The position numbers were made by a program, and so were the translations under genes. DNA of 64,000 bases. It comes from Candidatus Gottesmanbacteria bacterium GW2011_GWA2_43_14. GTDB taxonomy: Bacteria > Patescibacteriota > Microgenomatia > 2-02-FULL-39-11. Positions 40,203 to 48,556 of the stretch are shown piece after piece (the stretch's first letter is position 1; every line of letters starts with the position of its first letter). Where the stretch lies: assembly GCA_000999095.1 (NCBI GenBank), contig LCFP01000002.1, positions 5,736 through 69,735 on the forward strand, given 5' to 3'. Under the pieces are notes generated by a model that saw only the letters and a program-made list of their open reading frames with translations, was not told the origin of the DNA and made no database searches.

Positions 40203-41412
40203 ATTCAAAACCCTTTCAACCATTATCAAAAATTCCGTGGCTGATTTGATCCGCAACAAGCTCAGGTCATTTCTGACCATGCTGGGCATTATCATCGGCA
40301 TAGCTTCAGTCATACTTCTGATTTCATTGGGTTTGGGTTTAAAAATGTATATCCAGGAACAGTTCGAGTCGTTGGGCAGCAATTTAGTCATGATTATGCC
40401 GGGAAAAATGATGTCCGGCGGGGGAGCCGGTTACCAGACCGCCATGATGTCAGGTTTCAAGTTTGAAGAAAAGGACATCCTATCTTTGCAGAAACTGGAT
40501 TCATTAAGTGCCGTCGTGCCGGTTTTCTCCAGGGTTCTGGATATTGCATCGGATGGGGATAACAAAATTTATGAAACAATTATTTCCAATGAGGAAATAT
40601 TTGACATCATGAATATGGAGATCGGCTACGGCCGGCTTTTCCGAAAAAACGATGTTATTAAGCGGAAAAAATTCGCCGTCCTGGGCTTTGGTCCGGCTGA
40701 AAAGCTTTTCAGTTCTCCTGAAGCCGCCCTTAACAAAAATGTAAAAATCGGCGATCAGGCATATAAAGTTATCGGGGTGCTCGAGAAAAAGGGCGGCGGC
40801 GGAGGGGCAATCCCATCAATTGACGACCATGTTTTTATACCCCATACGTCTGCCATCAGCATAAATCCCGGTAAGAAATTCATGGCCATTTATGCCAAGG
40901 CTGAAAATGAAATTGACATTGAAGAAACAAAAAAAGATATCGAGGAAGTGATGCTGAAAAAATATTCGGAAGACGATTTCAGCGTTTCTGACCAGAAGGA
41001 ACTGCTCTCTTCCATTAATTCCATTTTTGACATTATCAGTCTGGTATTGACCGGAATAGCCGCAATTTCCCTGGTGGTCGGCGGCATCGGTATCCTCAAC
41101 ATTATGTATGTCTCCGTCGTCGAAAGGACAAAGGAAATCGGCATCAGGAGGGCATACGGGGCTACCCGGAGAGATATCCTTGTCCTGTTCCTGACTGAGT
41201 CGGCTCTGCTTTCTGTTGCGGGTGGTTTTATCGGCCTTGTGATTGCCCAATTGGGAGTTTTGGCAATCAGACAATTTTTTCCCGCTTATATTGACCTCAA
41301 CAGCATTATCCTGGCCCTGACTGTTTCCTGGTCGGTCGGCCTTATTTTCGGCGTCCTACCGGCAATACAGGCATCCAAACTGACCCCTATCGAAGCCATC
41401 CGCAGGGATTAA
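40195..41412 (+). CDS. MacB/FtsX-family ABC permease (paralog 2)
   Basis: Start MNKFK; 'RSFLTMLGIIIG', 'VGGIGILNIM..ERTKEIGIR'. Confidence 0.92.
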   Translation: MNKFKTLSTIIKNSVADLIRNKLRSFLTMLGIIIGIASVILLISLGLGLKMYIQEQFESLGSNLVMIMPGKMMSGGGAGYQTAMMSGFKFEEKDILSLQKLDSLSAVVPVFSRVLDIASDGDNKIYETIISNEEIFDIMNMEIGYGRLFRKNDVIKRKKFAVLGFGPAEKLFSSPEAALNKNVKIGDQAYKVIGVLEKKGGGGGAIPSIDDHVFIPHTSAISINPGKKFMAIYAKAENEIDIEETKKDIEEVMLKKYSEDDFSVSDQKELLSSINSIFDIISLVLTGIAAISLVVGGIGILNIMYVSVVERTKEIGIRRAYGATRRDILVLFLTESALLSVAGGFIGLVIAQLGVLAIRQFFPAYIDLNSIILALTVSWSVGLIFGVLPAIQASKLTPIEAIRRD

Positions 41413-41680
41413 ACTGTTTCTACCCATCATTTGAAGAAACTGCCGCAGATTGACCAGCTGTTCTTTTCTTAACGTCAGCATGACCGTTGCCAGGCAGTCT
41501 TTCAATCAGACTAAGCAGTGTTCTGATTGAACATAAATTCAGAAAATTATCGGCAAATGCTTCCTTTTTTAGCCATGGCTCCCGGCCAATTTTTTGATGC
41601 CTCTGTGGCAGCATGATTTTCAGAGGTAGATTTCGTTTCCGGAGAATTCTCGGCATGCGCCATATTTTCGGGGCAGGCAA

Positions 41681-41756
41681 TGGTGACCCGGGAGCGAATC
41701 GAACGCTCAACCTTCCCGTTAGAAGCGGGATGCTCTGTCCGTTGAGCTACCGGGCC
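41681..41756 (-). tRNA. tRNA-Arg(TCT)
   Basis: TCCCG-CTTCTAA-CGGGA; GTTCGATTC; CCA. Confidence 0.95.
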
Positions 41757-41763
41757 ATTCCGG

Positions 41764-41835
41764 AGCGGCGGAGGGGATTTGAACCCCTGACCTTCTCCTT
41801 GGAAGGGAGACATTCTACCGCTGAACTACCGCCGC
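41764..41835 (-). tRNA. tRNA-Gly(TCC)
   Basis: TCTCC-CTTCCAA-GGAGA; GGTTCAAATCC. Confidence 0.95.
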
Positions 41836-41841
41836 TTAAGG

Positions 41842-41914
41842 TGCCGAGGGTCGGAGTCGAACCGACATCATGTGTTTTTCAGACACACGCCGTGACCACC
41901 TTGGCTACCTCGGC
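41842..41914 (-). tRNA. tRNA-Phe(GAA)
   Basis: TGTGT-CTGAAAA-ACACA; GGTTCGACTCC. Confidence 0.95.
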
Positions 41915-41949
41915 TTATAAAATATATCTTATCACAAAACCCCGAAGTG

Positions 41950-42023
41950 TGGACCCGAGAGGTCTCGAACCTCTGACCTTTGCGATGTAAGCGCAACGCT
42001 CTGACCAACTGAGCTACGGGTCC
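41950..42023 (-). tRNA. tRNA-Val(TAC)
   Basis: TTGCG-CTTACAT-CGCAA; GGTTCGAGACC. Confidence 0.93.
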
Positions 42024-42099
42024 AACGAGTGTTTTTAGCTCCAACTATTTTATAGGAATACTTTAACTGGCGCAACCTGATTTGGTACAATAAAAGCAT

Positions 42100-42170
42100 T
42101 GCGGGGTCGTCTAATGGTAGGACAGCAGCCTTTGGAGCTGTTTATCATGGTTCGAATCCATGCCCCGCAG
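42100..42170 (+). tRNA. tRNA-Gln(TTG)
   Basis: CAGC-CTTTGGA-GCTG; GGTTCGAATCC; upstream TACAAT -10. Confidence 0.95.
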
Positions 42171-42176
42171 CAAAAT

Positions 42177-42794
42177 ATGAATAAAAAAATGAAGATATTA
42201 TTTGTTTTGCTTATCTTATTGGTGTTATTAGGGTATAGATATTATAAAAATGCAATATTAGATGATTACAATTCAAATGAAATGTTAAACCTAACCATTT
42301 CTCAACCCCCATATCCATCAGAACAGCCGCATTTAAATAATTCCAAAACAAAGTACATTTATAATGATCAATATATTACGTTTGAATATCCCCAGGTCTG
42401 GAAAGCAGATTATAACCGGCAAATTGGAAATCCGTATGTTGTTAATGTTGACTTTACTGGTGAATGTAATCCATATCGGGTAGTTTCTTTTTCTTACAAG
42501 AATACTAATCCGAATGACTCAGAAAGTTTCACAGTAGGACAAAAAAACCCACATGGTCCCGGAAACCAAACATCAAAAACGATAAAAATTAACGGTATTA
42601 CCGTTGGTGAAAATATACAACCAGTAGGTGATGGATCAGGTGGATATGAGCCTAAAGTAGTTATTGATCTATTATCTAAATCTAAGAAATTCCATTTCTA
42701 TTTTATTGCTGTAATAGGATATCGGAATTCGTTTGAAGAGACGTATAAAATAGATTTATTACCTATTTTAAATAGTATAGAATTACTGGATTAA
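42177..42794 (+). CDS. Membrane-anchored hypothetical protein (first cassette after tRNA-Gln)
   Basis: Start MNKKMKILFVLL, 6 nt after the tRNA; 'ITFEYPQVW' PsbP-like motif; AT-rich. Confidence 0.7.
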   Translation: MNKKMKILFVLLILLVLLGYRYYKNAILDDYNSNEMLNLTISQPPYPSEQPHLNNSKTKYIYNDQYITFEYPQVWKADYNRQIGNPYVVNVDFTGECNPYRVVSFSYKNTNPNDSESFTVGQKNPHGPGNQTSKTIKINGITVGENIQPVGDGSGGYEPKVVIDLLSKSKKFHFYFIAVIGYRNSFEETYKIDLLPILNSIELLD

Positions 42795-42826
42795 AAGAAG
42801 CATTATTTGAATTTGTCTTGAAATAG

Positions 42827-42853
42827 GTTCTAACTTCGTCCACAGTTCGCAGC
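42827..42853 (-). repeat. att-like site G (tRNA-Gln array)
   Basis: Minus strand gctg-cgaactgtggacgaag-ttagaac (N16); shares cgcagca with the tRNA-Gln 3' end. Confidence 0.75.
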
Positions 42854-43020
42854 AGATTTTGATAAGTAGGTCGGGCACGAAAATTGCTCGCCGCGGGTGG
42901 GTTCGCGGCGAGGGCGTCAAAGCCGCCTTTTTTGAAACGGACTGCGAGTTTACGATCCTTTAAAAAGAAGTTCGAGCCGACAGTTGCGGAGGCGCGGCGG
43001 GTGGAGGCGCCGCGCCGGAG
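42854..43020 (-). pseudogene. Probable C-terminal remnant of a site-specific (large serine) recombinase
   Basis: GC-rich scrap reading 'TVGSNFFLKDRKL..F..PTYQNL', in frame with site G 'LRTVDEVRTYF'; family assignment is from recollection and needs an HMM check. Confidence 0.5.
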
Positions 43021-43041
43021 CGTAATATTTATATAAATGAG

Positions 43042-43068
43042 GTTCGGCATTTTTTGTAAAGCGACAGC
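43042..43068 (-). repeat. att-like site H (tRNA-Gln array)
   Basis: Plus strand gaggttcggcattttttgtaaagcgacagc = minus strand gctg-N16-gccgaac. Confidence 0.8.
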
Positions 43069-43103
43069 AAGTTGGAATTAGAAAGATTTTTAAAACTTTC
43101 TTG

Positions 43104-44246
43104 TTACTTTTTCCTTTTTAAAAGGATCACAACAATTACCGCAAATATCAGTACACCGATGAATATAAGTATTGTCGGGGTAATACGAAACGGTGTAGTT
43201 TTTGTTCCGTTTTCCTTATATCCCTGAGTGTCACTCTCATCTGTATTTAAATTTCCGTTATCGTTAAGTTCGGCTTGTGCCAGTTCTGTTTCAATAAGCT
43301 CAGTTTCTTCTTTAAGAACATCAGTATAATTAAATTCAGTTACCTCATATCCATCTCCATTAACAGTATATCTGTCACCCGGACTTAGCGGTAATTTTCC
43401 GTTATCCGGCAGGGTCACCTCTACGCTTCCTTCCATGACATCGAATTTAGTTTCATTTGTTTCTTCTAAGTGAGATACGCCAAACGAAGTTCCCAGGACA
43501 CCGGCAACTGTCAGATAGGTTTCTACTTGAAAAGTTTTTCCCTGCTTCTTTAAATTAAAAAACGTTTCACCAAATACTATCTGCACTCCCTGAAATAACA
43601 TGGTTACCTTGGTGTTTGATTTTATTTTCAGTATTGATCCGTCGGGATATTTAATAATAAATCTTGAGTTTGGACCTGTCTTGATTACATCCCCTTCCCG
43701 AATATTAATAGGTCCGTCAGATGGAATATCTTCATAAGTCTCACCGTTATTGCGTGAAAACTGAGCAGTTCCTTTCACAAGCCCTCCGTCTACACCTTGC
43801 TTAGGAAGAAAATCAGTTTCTATATTCCACGATCCGTCAAAAGCCTCCGGATTATCAACTGTAAAATCAACTCTTAATGTATCGAAGACAGTAGTATAGG
43901 TACCTCTAATTAAATTAAACGAAAGGTCACCTATGATAAATTCCCCGTTTGGACCTCCTGAAAATGTACCTGTAAATTCATCACCACCGTATCCGTTACA
44001 ATTTGAAGTGCACTCTGCCCTACCAGAGACCTGTGAGTATTGTCCTGATGGATCCAAAGCTCCTACATTCCAAAACTCCAGATGATATACCAAAGTAAAA
44101 TTCCACACTTGGACAGTATCTGACGTTGCCGTGACCTTTTGGGGAGGTGGATAAGCATGGACATACCGGATCGGCCAGATGAATACAAAAAATAGTATTA
44201 AGCCGATGATTGTAATAAGGTTTCTCCGGATTTTCATAATCTTCAT
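43104..44246 (-). CDS. Secreted FecR-domain protein with C-terminal TM anchor
   Basis: 'GDVIKTGPNSR..YPDGSILKI..NT', 'FQVET..VAGVLGTSF', 'VMEGSVEV'; terminal TM plus KRKK. Confidence 0.75.
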   Translation of the reverse strand: MKIMKIRRNLITIIGLILFFVFIWPIRYVHAYPPPQKVTATSDTVQVWNFTLVYHLEFWNVGALDPSGQYSQVSGRAECTSNCNGYGGDEFTGTFSGGPNGEFIIGDLSFNLIRGTYTTVFDTLRVDFTVDNPEAFDGSWNIETDFLPKQGVDGGLVKGTAQFSRNNGETYEDIPSDGPINIREGDVIKTGPNSRFIIKYPDGSILKIKSNTKVTMLFQGVQIVFGETFFNLKKQGKTFQVETYLTVAGVLGTSFGVSHLEETNETKFDVMEGSVEVTLPDNGKLPLSPGDRYTVNGDGYEVTEFNYTDVLKEETELIETELAQAELNDNGNLNTDESDTQGYKENGTKTTPFRITPTILIFIGVLIFAVIVVILLKRKK

Positions 44247-44316
44247 TATTTATTAAATGGAAGTTTACCAGAAACTATCTAATAATTACAATTTCATCAA
44301 CATTTATAATAGCGAG

Positions 44317-44343
44317 GTTCGGCATTTTTTGTAAAGCAACAGC
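44317..44343 (-). repeat. att-like site I (tRNA-Gln array)
   Basis: Plus strand gaggttcggcattttttgtaaagcaacagc; one mismatch to site H over 30 bp. Confidence 0.8.
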
Positions 44344-44352
44344 CAATAAGAA

Positions 44353-44440
44353 GAAAACGGACATGAGTTCCTGTTTAAGTTCCATCACGAATGCGTTAAA
44401 CGTGGAATTGTCCGCTTCTTTTCAAGGCCAAGGACTTCAG
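44353..44440 (+). pseudogene. Tiny rve/DDE (IS481/IS3-like) transposase fragment
   Basis: Reads ENGHEFLFKFHHECVKRGIVRFFSRPRT, resembling the DNGxEF...GI.H..S.P.TP integrase-core segment. Confidence 0.5.
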
Positions 44441-44522
44441 GAGAAGTCTACGGGATATCATGAACCAGGACACATATTTGCCCAATTCTTGATTTGATGC
44501 TATTATTTGCCATTACAAAATT

Positions 44523-45500
44523 ATGACTACCCGGCGTGAATTTTTAAAATTAGCAGCGGCATCAATTTTGGCTGGATGCATTCCTCCAGCTCCACCCAGT
44601 ACAACGCCTTTTGAGATTATACCTACCCCATATCCAGAATTTGTTGACCCGAAACTAATAACTTACGGCCAGCAGTTGGCGGATTGGACTGTTGCCGATA
44701 CGCTGATGGTAAAAAAATTTTCGGAAATTGACCAGGCAGCCCTGCTATTGTCCGGTGAAACCGATCCGGGACAGCTCATGTCATATGTCAATATACCGCT
44801 TGGTTACCTGATAAACAATGAGAGAGATCCGTACCTACGCTTTAATGCCGGAATCCAGACGGATCCTGATGCCAAGTTCAACATGACTACCAAAGCTGGT
44901 GACCCAATTATTGTACCAATTTCCTCAAATGTCACATTTGAATTTGTACTACCCCAAAATTTGGAGAATTCGGGGTTTGCCAAAATTACTATGTTGCGAA
45001 TGGGACTGGAGGTATTGGATTTCCCATACTATTGTGAAATTTATCGCCAACAGTTGGAAGAAACGGGTATACAGATTGATGATCAGAGTGTTTCAGCTCT
45101 GGGAATACCGCCCGACCTGGTCAATTTTTCCATATCCAGGGATATGGACGCTATTCTCCTCGCAACTGGCAAATCTCCTCTTTTACCTTACCTGACAAAA
45201 ATGGGCAGCGATATCCGCGCGTCCGTGACTTATGCCAATTGGCTAACCCAATATGATGCAGATGAAACCGACCTACCTCAAGACCAAACCGAACTTTTAT
45301 CTACTCTTCGCATTATCAAAACATTAATGATAGATAAAGAGCTGATCACAAAAGAAGAATCAGGACTTTATGTATGGACCAATGGTGCCCCTCCCCAAAT
45401 CAATGCTTCTGATTTTGTACAATTGATTGATGAACTGCAACATAGATATCAAGAAAGTAACTTACAGGGTTTTTTCATAAGCGAAAAAACACTTCAATAG
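44523..45500 (+). CDS. Hypothetical lipoprotein with twin-arginine-like leader
   Basis: 'MTTRREFLKLAAASILAGC'; stop codon abuts site J. Confidence 0.7.
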   Translation: MTTRREFLKLAAASILAGCIPPAPPSTTPFEIIPTPYPEFVDPKLITYGQQLADWTVADTLMVKKFSEIDQAALLLSGETDPGQLMSYVNIPLGYLINNERDPYLRFNAGIQTDPDAKFNMTTKAGDPIIVPISSNVTFEFVLPQNLENSGFAKITMLRMGLEVLDFPYYCEIYRQQLEETGIQIDDQSVSALGIPPDLVNFSISRDMDAILLATGKSPLLPYLTKMGSDIRASVTYANWLTQYDADETDLPQDQTELLSTLRIIKTLMIDKELITKEESGLYVWTNGAPPQINASDFVQLIDELQHRYQESNLQGFFISEKTLQ

Positions 45501-45502
45501 AG

Positions 45503-45529
45503 GTTCGAAATTTTTTGTAAACTGACAGT
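45503..45529 (-). repeat. att-like site J (tRNA-Gln array)
   Basis: Plus strand gaggttcgaaattttttgtaaactgacagt = minus strand actg-N16-ttcgaac. Confidence 0.75.
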
Positions 45530-45543
45530 CGGAAAACAGCTTC

Positions 45544-46272
45544 ATGTTCAGTTCTCTAAAGAATTATTTATACAGGCATCTATTCTCAATTGCCCCCGAA
45601 AGTTTACGGCAGATTTATTTCCGGACAAAAGTACTTGTTCCCAAAAAAGTATTAACACAAAAATTTTCAGAAGCTATTGAATTTCTGAAGCATAACGGCC
45701 CCATCAATGATTATTTGGAATTCGGTGTTTTTCGGGGAGATTCCTTAATTTGTATGTATCAGGCGTTAAAACAGCATAAAATTAATCATTCTAGATTATT
45801 CGGATTTGATTCTTTTGAAGGTTTGCCCGAAATTAAAGACAAATATGACAAAAAGTTACCTTGGCAAAAGGGGGAATTTGTCTCCGCCTTGGCAACAACC
45901 AGAGGCAACTTAAATAGAGCACATGTGAATTGGAATCGTGTTTTCCTGATAAAAGGCTATTTCAATAACACTTTGAATAAAAATCTCATAGATAAACACA
46001 ATCTAAAAAGTGCGAGCATCATCATGATTGACTGTGATTTATATTCATCAGCAAGAGAAGCTTTGGATTTTTGCGCTTCAATGATAAATGATCGTACCAT
46101 TATTTTTTTTGATGACTGGGCAGCCGGAGGTGAAAAGCTGGCTTTTAACAAGATGCTCAAAGCCAACCCCGATCTTATAGCTCAGGAATTCGGTTCATAT
46201 GTCCATTCAGAACAAAAAAATCCATATACCGCAAAAATATTCCTGGTGACCAGAAAAAAAAGAAAAAATTAA
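45544..46272 (+). CDS. TylF/MycF-family O-methyltransferase
   Basis: 'DYLEFGVFRG', 'FGFDSFEGLP', 'IKGYF', 'IDCDLYSS', 'FDDW'. Confidence 0.85.
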   Translation: MFSSLKNYLYRHLFSIAPESLRQIYFRTKVLVPKKVLTQKFSEAIEFLKHNGPINDYLEFGVFRGDSLICMYQALKQHKINHSRLFGFDSFEGLPEIKDKYDKKLPWQKGEFVSALATTRGNLNRAHVNWNRVFLIKGYFNNTLNKNLIDKHNLKSASIIMIDCDLYSSAREALDFCASMINDRTIIFFDDWAAGGEKLAFNKMLKANPDLIAQEFGSYVHSEQKNPYTAKIFLVTRKKRKN

Positions 46273-46277
46273 AATTT

Positions 46278-47387
46278 CTATTTTTCAATTTGGTCTTTAA
46301 GGTATTTTTGCACAGCTGACCAGCGGTTTGTTCCTTCTTTAGGCACTAAAATTGCTCCGCCGGCAGAAGAAGAATCTGCCCTAAGGACGTTTTCAGTTGA
46401 GAGATTTATCCTGACAACCCCGAATTCCTTTGCTTTTGTTATGGCCGGTATCAAATATTTAACCGCTTCGCCGTCCAAATCAGTTGATATATTCTTTGAT
46501 AGGTCGCTAAAAAAACGCGGCAGGTTGTCCAGGGATTCGAGACTCAGGATTCTTTTCTTTAAAGCCAACATAACTTCCTGCTGCCGTATTCCCCTGGAGA
46601 TATCTCCGGCTGAAGAACCGTGGCGTGAGCGGACATAAGCCAAAGCGTCCCCTCCCTGCATGCTGACTTTGCCCTTTTCAAAATTGAGATGCTTATAACG
46701 GCAGGGAAACTGCCTCTCCAGTTCAAATCCCGAATATTTTGCGGATACGTCCCCCACTTCTTCTGCCGTCATGCCGCAGGTATCAAGTTCCCGTCCGCGG
46801 ACAGGATACCAGGAGTCGTCCAGAGTTTCAGATACATCCACCTCAATGCCTTTAAGATTGATGCCCACCGTCCTGTCAAATCCGACAAAATCAATACCTG
46901 TATAATAATCAATTTTCAGTCCGGTGATGGTGCCGATAAATTCTTTCATTGCCTGCCGGCCGTTACGACCGTAGGCAGCAAAAGCTCCGTTGATTTTAGT
47001 ACTCTTGCCGTTTCCCAGGGTAACCCATAAATCACGGGGGATGGAAATGAGGGCGATTTTCGCTGTTTCAAAGTCAATATAAACGACCTGCAAGACATCA
47101 GTCAGGTGCCCGCCTTCATGTCCGGCTCCGCCATAGCCCAAAAGCAGCATACCCAGTGATTTATCACCGATGTCCGTACCGTCCTGTTGCTTCTCTGTTG
47201 TTTCAGACAGTACCTGCGGAATATTTTCAACTGTCGTATTTTTCCCGGCCCTGATTTTTTTGAAACTGAAAAGACCTATTACCGCCACAGTCAAGACAAA
47301 AAAACCGGCTAAAAAAAATTTCCGTGGTATTTCGAGCTTTGGCTTGATTTTTTCGGAAAGGCCTAATAAAGGCTTATAGCCAGTCAT
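46278..47387 (-). CDS. LytR-CpsA-Psr (LCP) family protein
   Basis: TM; 'LLLG..LTD', 'SIPRDLWV', 'KING', 'ALAYVRSRH..DISR..RQQ'. Confidence 0.9.
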   Translation of the reverse strand: MTGYKPLLGLSEKIKPKLEIPRKFFLAGFFVLTVAVIGLFSFKKIRAGKNTTVENIPQVLSETTEKQQDGTDIGDKSLGMLLLGYGGAGHEGGHLTDVLQVVYIDFETAKIALISIPRDLWVTLGNGKSTKINGAFAAYGRNGRQAMKEFIGTITGLKIDYYTGIDFVGFDRTVGINLKGIEVDVSETLDDSWYPVRGRELDTCGMTAEEVGDVSAKYSGFELERQFPCRYKHLNFEKGKVSMQGGDALAYVRSRHGSSAGDISRGIRQQEVMLALKKRILSLESLDNLPRFFSDLSKNISTDLDGEAVKYLIPAITKAKEFGVVRINLSTENVLRADSSSAGGAILVPKEGTNRWSAVQKYLKDQIEK

Positions 47388-47437
47388 GATCTTTCGTATT
47401 ATATGAAATTTTCACAATGTCTGCTAATTGGGGACGG

Positions 47438-47731
47438 TTAACGCGATTTGTTATTCCGCCTTTTGACTGCCGCCTTGTGGATCAGCCTGACAATAGGCAG
47501 GTTCGGTTTGATTTTCAAGATAATCAGACAGACTTTTATGCATTTTTCAAAATTTCCGGCCTTATAACTGGCCAACATCTCCGTTTTCATGTCCGCCAGT
47601 GTTTCATTCAATTTCAAATCCTTAAGGCCGGCGACGGCAATTTCCTTTTCATTCTTAAAAAGGAAATTTTCCTCATTTTTGACAAGTGTTAGTTTTATCG
47701 GCTTACCGGAATTTTTTTTCATAGTCGGCAA
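47438..47731 (-). CDS. Hypothetical protein
   Basis: ~90-aa ORF overlapping the end of the J-domain gene. Confidence 0.45.
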   Translation of the reverse strand: MPTMKKNSGKPIKLTLVKNEENFLFKNEKEIAVAGLKDLKLNETLADMKTEMLASYKAGNFEKCIKVCLIILKIKPNLPIVRLIHKAAVKRRNNKSR

Positions 47732-48485
47732 TGACTGATTTTTTATAACTTAAATCAGCCAAAAGCTGAATTTTGATTTCGCGAAGCACATCGCGGTTGT
47801 CCTTTAAGCCCATTATTAACCTCAGGCGTATTTTATTCCATTCCGATTTTATCAAATCCGAATATTGTTTATTAAGTTCGTTCACCTGGTCATTAATTCT
47901 TTCCAGTTTTGTGATTAACTGCCTGGTCGAAAGCTCCCTATGATCAGGCGCGGTTTCATCAGCTATCCTCTCCAGCCTGCCCAGATCCTGTTGGTTATAT
48001 GCCTGTATGATTTTTTTCATGATTTTTTCCCTGGCCAGTTTAGCTTTTTTGTCCGTTACCAAATCAGGATGATATTGACTTACCAGCTTCCGGTAGAGAA
48101 CTTTTAATTCTTTTCCCGAATCCTGATTCATGGACAAAGAAGAAATGCCCATGCGGCTTTCCGAATCGCTGAAATTGTCAGTTTCAGCATCCTCATTTTG
48201 CTTTTTCATTAATTCCATAATCCGCTCGGCTTCCGTAAAGGTCGCTCCGCTTTTTACCAGTTCTTCGATCTGCTGATACCACTTTATCTTCCGGTCCAAT
48301 AAATCAAGCTCGTAATATAAACTGCCGACCCGTGATAAATACTCATGCTGGGCAGCCATGATCACACTCCGTAATTTTTCGGTTTTTAAAAGCAGGTTTT
48401 CGACTGCTTTTTGTTTGCGCTTTATCGCACCAATAAGCCTTTTTTTATCATCCGTTTTCGCAATAACAGCTAATGGTTTTTCCAT
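47703..48485 (-). CDS. Coiled-coil J-domain-containing protein
   Basis: 'LKVLYRKLVSQYHPDL..MKKIIQAY'. Confidence 0.8.
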   Translation of the reverse strand: MEKPLAVIAKTDDKKRLIGAIKRKQKAVENLLLKTEKLRSVIMAAQHEYLSRVGSLYYELDLLDRKIKWYQQIEELVKSGATFTEAERIMELMKKQNEDAETDNFSDSESRMGISSLSMNQDSGKELKVLYRKLVSQYHPDLVTDKKAKLAREKIMKKIIQAYNQQDLGRLERIADETAPDHRELSTRQLITKLERINDQVNELNKQYSDLIKSEWNKIRLRLIMGLKDNRDVLREIKIQLLADLSYKKSVIADYEKKFR

Positions 48486-48556
48486 CGGTCTGAAAATTTA
48501 CTTTTAACATAATTCTAACCTAGAGAAAAGGCATAGGATATAATATCTAAAGCTCA

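Noticed and set aside
41547-42176. ORFs 41547-41813, 41613-41990 and the 5' part of 42099-42794
   Set aside because: They are translations of tRNA genes; the same applies to ORFs over 49829-50278, 52060-52266 and 61986-62205.
43039-45530. Three 30-bp direct repeats read as a CRISPR array
   Set aside because: Spacing is ~1.2 kb with whole genes between repeats, and no cas genes are present; att sites fit better.
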